Positions 55,685 through 64,000 of a stretch of 64,000 nt of DNA are shown piece after piece; positions within the stretch are counted from its first letter, which is position 1, and each line of letters opens with the position of its first letter. The translations under genes were made by a program, and so were the position numbers. Source of the stretch: Eledone cirrhosa. Its lineage: Eukaryota. The notes under the pieces were generated by a model that saw nothing but the letters and a program-made list of their open reading frames with translations, ran no database searches and was not told where the DNA came from. The stretch is taken from the NCBI GenBank assembly GCA_964016885.1, contig OZ024740.1, positions 264,802,001 to 264,866,000 on the forward strand, given 5' to 3'.

Positions 55685-58600
55685 ATTAGAATAACAGATT
55701 AAAGATTAAGCAAATAATTGCTGCTTTCACCCTTAACGGGATCTTCTGAATCTAAAAAAATCAATCTGCGAACACAGAAGTAAGTATTTCGAAAAATATT
55801 GCAACCGAAGGAAAACAGGAAGACGATACTTTGGTTCGTGAAGACGTTCCCTGGTATTGAACGGAAAAAAGCGCAGATAAAACGTCGTTATGTGTGGCGA
55901 TGAGGACAAATATACCCAAAGACAAAACCACGTTTGTGGTATAAATGAAGTCGTAGACTAATATTCTATTTAGGAAACCGAATGGTTCTCGGCTTCAGAG
56001 TTAAGAAATATGTAAATAAATTAGTAGAACGAAAATGACAGAGGTTATTAAAATCAAATAAATAAAAATATACATAGACGCATCTATATACGTACATACA
56101 CAGGCATACGCAAAACACCCGCCATGAATGCACGTACACATAAATACGCGCACACATACATAAATCTGCGCGACACCAAATTATTTGGCTCCCTCGGTTG
56201 AGCACTCTATTGACTTATATTCATCATGCAGAAACAACATCTGAATATTTCTACAAAGAACATACCCGTACCAAGCAGGAAAACATACCTAAAATTCCTG
56301 ATACAGAAAACAGACGCGTTTATTGAACGGTTGCGTTGGCGTATCTTTTATTTCGATAACAGGGGAAAGCAGACAACAAACAGGATAAATTTGGGTTTAA
56401 AACCTATAATAACCCTCCGAGTAACCCAGCATTGCTACCCTTCGAAAATGATGTCATGGAACTCATACGGAATATCAAATTTCGGAATAGGAGCAATTCT
56501 TTCCAGCTGCACCTGAAGAATAGAATTCGTTCTATTAAGGATTCTAATGCCGTGCACGTCCATCCCGACAAAACTGGCAACCTATATCAAGTGAAGCGCA
56601 GTATTTACCATCAACTACTACATAATGCTGTAACTAAGGATTACCGTAAAACTAATCGGAGCGTCATTAATGAAATCAACGATGCTGGGTTTAAAATCAC
56701 CTCTGATCTCAAAATCCTGGACCTGACTGAACCTCTGGACCCTATTTCTCTCCACTTTACCCTGAAGGATCACGAGTCCAATTTCCCGAACAACCCCTCT
56801 ATTCAGCTAATTAAGCATACGAAGTCCGATTTAGGTAGACTTAGTAAAAGGATTTTAGATATAATTATACCTGAAATTAGAAGTTTGGCCCCTCTTGCAC
56901 TGTGGAACAATTCTTTCGCGGTGATTGATTGGTTCAACGGCATATGCAACAAGGAACATTTCCGTTTTATCCAATTCGATATCAATAATTATTACTCCTC
57001 CATCATTTTACCACTTCTCCTTAGAGCTATCTATTTCGATAAAACACTCACAGAGGTTAAGGATTTCGAAGTTGATGTCATCCTCAATGCCCGTAAGTCG
57101 GTGATTAATTTCGACGACATTATTTGGATTATAAAATCTAATAGTACCCCATTCGACGTGAGTATGGGCGCCAGCGATTCTGCGGAGGTTACTGATCTTA
57201 TCGGCTTTTTCCTTCTTTTCACTATCAGAAAGAATTCCCCAACGTGGGCGGTGGTTTGCACCGTGATAATGGTCTTTTGACCATGAAAAAGTGCGGCCCA
57301 CGTGCTTGCGACAGGTTAGAAAAGAACTCACAGCCTTCTTTAAAGGCTTCAACCTCTCCATACAGGTTGAGGCCAACCTCTCGGTCGTTAATTACCCCGA
57401 CGTTACCCTCAATTTAACGAATGGTTTGCACTACCCGTTTAGAAAGCCGAATGATACGCTTAATTACATAAGTAAGCATTCTAACCATCCTGCTAGCATA
57501 ACCAACAACCTGGTAAGAAACGTTTCTTTGAGGCTTTCCCGTCTATCTACTAACGAGCAAATTTCCAACGACCATTCCACATATTACAATGAGGCTCTTG
57601 TTCGGAGTGGATTTGTCGATAAGGTAGCATATACAGAGTATGAGAATAGACCTAGAAAAAATAGATCCCGAGGCATTATATGGTATAAACTACCATATAA
57701 TATGGAGGTGGCCACACCATTAGCTAAGATCTTTCTCTCCCTTATTATGAAGCATTTTCCCCCAACACATAAATATAGTAAAATTTTTAATAGAAATACC
57801 ATTAACATTTCTTACTCTACGACTCCTAACCTTGCACATAACATCACAGCTTCAAATTTAGATAAACTACCTAGCCGTAGGAACAAGTGCAACCCTGTAG
57901 CTACTACTAACTGTAATTGTAGAAATTGGTTGACTGCCCTATCCAGGAAATGCCTCTGTAATAACAATGTCTACAAATTTAAGGTTGAAACACCCACGTC
58001 CCGTAGGGCCTACATATGGTTAACCACCAATAGATTCAAGCAGCGTCTTGACATGCATACCCATTCTTTTCTTAATCCTTTAAGAAGGAATATGACGTCA
58101 CTTTCAGCTTATATCTGGAGTCTAAAAGACAACCACACCCAATATAAGTTACACTGGGAGATCCTAGCTGGGGATAGATCGTATAACGGAAATAAAAGAC
58201 CTTGTGACCTCAGTGCCGCTGAGGCCCTGGTAATACTCTACACCAAAGACCACATCTTAAACAAAACATTTGAGGCAATTTCGGCTTCTAAACATAAATT
58301 GCACAAAACTTTCTTGTATTACAGCCCCACATTATACCCTAACGGATAGTACGAACAAGACGCGGATATTTTACGTCTTGATGTGGTAGCTAAGTATATG
58401 TTATGTTTATACCATTACTTATTCGTATAGGTAAGTATATATCACCTGTATATTTTGTGAAGGTACGTATAATTTCTCTTACGTATATTTGATTGTATAT
58501 GTTATGGCGATAATATATTATATATTCTGGTACATATGCATTTGGTTATGTGTATACGCGAGTTTTGCGTCTGTGTGAGTATGCGGATTCGTACGTATGT

Positions 58601-59440
58601 AGGGTGTGCGTATATGTGTACATTGTGCTTTGGTTGAGGTAGTCTCCGAACATATGTGTATTTACATGAAGGTGTGTGTGTGCGCGCGTTATATACGTAT
58701 TTATTTATTCCTATACGTTTATTTAATTATATGTATACACGCACACACACACACAATATATATATATATTGTTTTAATATCTATTTTTATGTGTATTTGG
58801 TGTATACATTCGTATGTGTGTGGGTACAGGCGTTGCGCGGGTTCTGTATGTGCGTGCAGGTTTTTTTGTTTTTGTACGTGCTTGTATTTGTATACCTATG
58901 GCAAGTGTTTTCGCGTATGGTTGTGTATGTACGTATATGGATGCGTGTATGTATTTATTTATTTCAATTACCTCTGTATTTTATTTACTTTATTCTTAAC
59001 TCCGAAGCCGAGAATCATTCGGTTCCCTAGCTAGAATGTTTGTCTACGACTTCAGTTATACAATTTACGTGGTTTTGTCTTTGCGTGCAATTGTTCTCTC
59101 CACTCCACATATGACGTATTATATTCGTTTTGTCCGTTCATTGCCAGAGATCGTCTCCATGAAATGACCTAATAGAATATTAGTCTACGACTTCTTTTAT
59201 ACCATAGACGTGGTTCTATCATTACGTTTTTCAAAACTCCAAATAATGACGTATTATCTTCGTTTTTCCCGTTTATTTCCCAGGGAACCTTTCCACGAAC
59301 CAAAGTATCGCCTTCCTGTCTTCCTCCGGTCGCAAGCTTTTTTAAGTATTTACTGCTGCGTTCACAGATTGACTTGTTACTTTCAGAAGATCCCGTTAAT
59401 GGTGATAACAGCGATTCTTTGCTTAAACGTTAATCTGTTA

Positions 59441-59446
<6 letters not shown>
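55685..59446 (+). mobile_element. Near full-length Naiad-type Penelope-like retroelement with an inverted 5' pseudo-LTR
   Basis: About 55688-56125 is the diverged reverse complement of about 58898-59445; RT plus GIY-YIG lie between; microsatellites on both sides. Confidence 0.92.
56226..58349 (+). pseudogene. PLE reverse transcriptase plus GIY-YIG endonuclease, frameshifted
   Basis: STKNIPVPS..LRWR, PDKTGNLY, QFDINNYY, FDVSMGASDSAEV, GLHRDNG (decayed YRDD), PFRKPND..YI..HSNHP, CNCR, FKQRL..H..SF, TSLSAYIWSLKD. Confidence 0.95.
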
Positions 59447-59524
<78 letters not shown>

Positions 59525-59535
<11 letters not shown>

Positions 59536-61205
59536 CTGTGTATGTATATATACATATAATTATATAAACGTATATAAATATACACACATAAATACGTATA
59601 TAACGTACGCACACACATACCCACAGGTAAGTACACATATACACACCTTACATTCGTGGAAACATGCATACATGCATACGCAGACAAACACAATATACAC
59701 ATATACACATAACCATATATGTGTATATATACATATACCATATGTGTGTATATACACATATACCATATATGTGTATATACACCTATAACATACGTGAAAG
59801 TATACGTACCTTCACAAATCATACGGGTAAGATATACTTACCTATACAAATAAGTTATGGTATAAACATAAAATATACTTAGCTACAACATCAAGACGTA
59901 AATTATCCGCGTCTTGTTCGTACTATCCGTTAGGGAATAATGTGGGGCTGTAAAACAGGAAAGTTTTATGCAATTTGTGTTTACAAGTCGAAATTGCCTC
60001 AGATTTTTTTGTTTAAGATGTGGTCATTGGCGTAGATTATTACCAGGGCTTCAGCCGCGCAAAGATCACAAGGTCTTTTATTTCCGTTATACGATCTGGC
60101 CCTAGCTAGGATCTCCCAGTGCAACCTATATTGGGTGTGGTTGTCTTTTAGACTCCAGATATAAGCTGAAAGTGACGTCATATTCCTTCTTATTGGGTTA
60201 AGAAAAGAATGGGTGTGCATGTAAAGACGCTGCTTGAATCTAATGGCGGTTAACCCTATGTAGGTCCTACGGGACATGGGTGTTTCGACCTTACATTAGG
60301 AGACACTGTTACAGGAGACGCATTTCCCGGATAGATGGCAGTCAGCCCGATTCCTACAATTACAGTTAGTACTAGCTACAGGGTTGCACGTTTTCCTACG
60401 GCTGGGTAATTTAGCTAAATTTGAACCAGTGATGTTATGTGCAAGGTTAGGAGTCGTAGAGTGTGATATTTTAATGGTATTTCTATTAAAATTGTATTAT
60501 ATTTATGTGCTGAAGGGAAATGCTTCTTAATAAGGGAGAGAAAGATCTTAGCTAATGTTGTGGCGACCTCCATATTATATGGTGGGTTATACCATATAAT
60601 GCCTCGGGGTCTATTTTTACTTGTTTTATACTCTTACTTAGTATATGCTACCTTATCGACAAATCTGCTCCGAGCAAGAGCTTCATTGTAATATGTGGAA
60701 TGGTAGGTGAGAAAATGCTCGTTTGTAGATAGACGGGAAAGTCGCAAAGAAACGTTTCTTACCAGGTTCTTGGTTATGCTGGCAGGATGGTTAGAATGCT
60801 TACTTATGTAATTAAGCGTATCATTTGGCTTTCTAAACGGGTAATGCAAGCCATTCGACAAATTGAGGGATATCGTCGAGGTAATTAACGACCGAGAGGT
60901 TGGCCTCAACCTGTATGGAGAGGTTGAAGCCTTTGTGAGTTCTTTTCTGAATATGTCGCAAGCGCGTTGGGCGCAATTTGTCATGATTAAAAGATCGTCA
61001 CCGCGGTACAAACCAACGCCCACATTGGAGAATTCTTCCTTGATAGAGAATAGAAGGAAAAGGCCGATAAGATCTGTAACTTCCGTCGAATCGCTAGCGC
61101 CCATACTCACGTCGAATGGGGTACTATTATATTTTTTAATCCAAATAGAGTCGTCGAAATTAATCACCGATTTACAGGCATTGAGGATGACATCATATTT
61201 ATCCT
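59525..61205 (-). mobile_element. 5'-truncated second Naiad copy, tail-to-tail with the first
   Basis: ORFs 59999-60277 and 60634-61200 match the 56226 element (GLYRGDD, CNCRNRADCHLSGKC, YIGLT). Confidence 0.93.
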
Positions 61206-62669
61206 TATTGAGCCCTCTTTGGATTTTAGTCTTCAAATTTATTATTATTACTATATATATATATATTAAATATGTATATATATTAAATATGTATATATTT
61301 CTGTATGTGTGTGTGTGAGTGTGTGTGTGAGTATGTGTGTGTGTATGTGTGAATGTGTGTGTGTTTGTGTGTGTATGTGTGAGTGTGTGTGTGTATGTGT
61401 GTGTGTGAGTGTGTGTGTGAGTATGTGTGTGTGTGTGTGTACACATGTGGGTGTATATGTGTGAATGTCTACACAATCATTTCTCGTTACACATCTCTGT
61501 ATTGAGTTCTAACTTCGTCAGAAAAAGTAGTTATTGTTTGAAGGAACAGGCGCTTGGAATAAAAAAAATTACTAACCTCTCTTTATATACTTTATCAATG
61601 CACCCAGGCGAAAGCTTCCCTACCGGAAATTGTACTCGGGATAATAAAAAGTATAAATAAATGCTGCTAGTATATTTTACCTACGCCTCACCAATTCTGT
61701 CATTAGATTTATTATCCCAGTGTTCTGTTCTACTGATTCTGTCACTCTACCGTTTCTGTAACTCCGGTGATTTAAGATTCTGCCTACTTATAGCTCGAAT
61801 ATTAATCGAAAATATTTTCTATCTGTTTGAATATACTTCAGTTTCGCTAAGCATTAGCAATACACTGTAGACTCCATTTTCTAAACTAAATGTACGCTTT
61901 TAGCACCCAATTCTTTACAATATAATGTCTGTTCCACCCAAAGGCTTATTTTTATACACATTATACTTACTACTACATCAAAACCTTATTATTATTCTCT
62001 TTATGCTTCCACATTTCTTTGTGAGTTTTGCTCTCACTTTTATTACTGATGCAATTTGTTTTCACTTTTCCCAAGGAAAATTGATATTCCCTCGGTGCAA
62101 ATATATAATGATTATACTAAAAACATCATGAGTTCAATATACGGCTCAATATACTGCAGTGGTAGCCAATGCACTTTATTTTCCCTAGCGAACGTCACAG
62201 AAAATTTAGTATATAATAGAACTATGATTGAGAATTATTTATATCTTTTCTTTTACATTCGAAAATACAATTCTGCTAGAGCCTTTGTCTTTGCTCGAAT
62301 CAAATGTATTTCTTTTTTCTTCGGAAGTATATGATATATAAGATTAACATATCATATTATTCCTAAAACACGCATAATAAAAATCTGTGAATTGTCCTTT
62401 TTCATAAGAAACCCGGGCGACATATGTAAACTGAAATTCTTCCAGGTGGGAAACAAATTCAGTTTACTGAATATATTTGATGCTTGTATGTATATATGGA
62501 CCTGGAATTTACGACGGAGTCGTAAGGGTGCCGTATTGTCATACGGTGTTTCTGGGGAGTTTTCTTACACCTGATGGAGCCCATACTTTTCCAGGTCTGA
62601 ATACATCAAATTTCTTCCAGAGAAAGTTATAGTGAGAGAATGGAAGTGAAAAAGAGATATAAAAGAAGA

Positions 62670-62835
62670 ATTGACTCCAGTACTAGACTGGCGCTTTTTT
62701 AACGACTGGTGCTTTTTTAAATGGACGGAAGGCAAAGTTGACTCCGGTGGAATCGGATCTCAGAGAGCAGAGAGTCGGACCTCATACTGCAACGTATTCT
62801 ATCTGACGTTCTAACAATTGTACCAATGCACCGCC
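62670..62835 (-). mobile_element. Degraded Meta SINE
   Basis: gaaggcaaagttgactccggtggaat..atctcagag. Confidence 0.6.
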
Positions 62836-63287
62836 TATTTGATGCCTCACTTTTTGTAAAAAGAAAATAATAGTAATAATTTTTCCATGAGTGAAACACC
62901 TTAGACACATTCAACACAATTAATATACATTATCTGCCTGACACCCACCTCATAGATTGTCTCTCTATCGACCATTGGCCGCTGGGCTCTGTCCTCTGAA
63001 ACATTTTTGCCGATCGCTGTCATTGACAGCATTCGGCTGCTTTAACGGTTGTTTTATAGATGAGTTTTCTTATTTTTATATGAATTCAAATACACTCTCG
63101 CTTCAACTCGATCAGGTATAATAATGTTTACTCATTAAACAATCAATAAGATTATGTAATATACCTGTATTTCACCGAGAGTTAAAAGTTGATTGCATTT
63201 TGAGTTTGATATAACTCAACCGAAGAAATTAATACTTAAATTATATTTACCAATTTGGTTATAGATATAGTATCAGTGCTAGGGCAG

Positions 63288-63545
63288 AAGGCGAATTGGC
63301 TGAGTAATTACAACATCGGATAGAATGTTTTGCGACATTCGTTTCGGGTCTCTGCTATCTGAGTTCAAATTCTACCAAGGTCAACTTTGCCTTTCATCCA
63401 TTCAAGGTCGATAAAAAAGTACCAGGATCAATTCTTCCACTATATCTCTTTCTCATATCCGTTCTTTAACTCTTTATCTTCCTCTCGAAGATATCTGCTG
63501 TGTTCAGACATGAAAAGGAGATGGGATCTGTCATATTTAAAATAA
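63288..63545 (+). mobile_element. Divergent Meta SINE subfamily with a 3' extension
   Basis: Homologous to 21835-22100 along its whole length. Confidence 0.78.
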
Positions 63546-64000
63546 TGCCTTAGAATCTCTCGGGAGAGACGGGACCAAGCATGCGTCATTGCAAGGAATT
63601 GATGTATTTAAGATATATATAAGTGGAAAATTATAGTAGTAGTGTTAGGGGTAGGTATTTTGTGAATATAGTTATCATATGGGTAGTGGTAGTGATGGTG
63701 CGGATGTTGTGCTGTTGGGGAATACTGATATAATGGTTTTCATTGTATGAGTTGTGTATTCTACTGAGAGCATAGCTTTGCTAAAGATTAACCAAATTTC
63801 TTCCACATGCCACCACCATACATAAAACTTAAGAGTCAGTCCACCTCATGTTCTCGTCGAAGAGGATAGAGAAGACCTTCCCCAAAGGATGGTAACTGAG
63901 ATGCACTGAAACAGACATTTCAGCACGCGGGGCTCTGACTAGCGCGTCGCCAACTCGGAAATTTGAGAAAATATTTTTACGGGCTAGGCAGTTTGATTTG

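Noticed and set aside
55685-59446. DNA transposon with TIRs
   Set aside because: The inverted ends are PLE pseudo-LTRs and the protein is RT plus GIY-YIG, not a DDE transposase
57900-60370. Selenoprotein-type Naiad (UGA at Cys positions plus SECIS)
   Set aside because: Where intact, the Cys positions of the CxC and CxxC motifs use TGT/TGC in the copies read, none is TGA, and no convincing SECIS was seen

Overview
This is AT-rich, microsatellite-saturated eukaryotic DNA; the SINE content suggests a cephalopod (octopus-like), which is an inference. No host protein-coding gene can be supported, and most ORF-track entries are (TA)n/(CA)n/(GA)n artefacts. The window is a mosaic of transposable elements. 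These are about 14 tRNA-derived Meta-domain SINE copies, two degraded RepHel Helitrons plus stacked non-autonomous Helitrons, RTE, Tx1/L1 and CR1-like LINE remnants, and a mariner fragment. The dominant component is Naiad-type Penelope-like elements (RT + GIY-YIG) with inverted terminal copies. The most interesting signal is a set of short non-coding, fold-back or partially tandem elements embedded in (TA)n tracts. They carry minimal type I hammerhead ribozyme motifs with a shared stem II C-C mismatch and a shared GAGTGCT/GAGTAC sub-terminal motif, which points to a retrozyme-like non-autonomous system probably mobilised by the Naiad elements.
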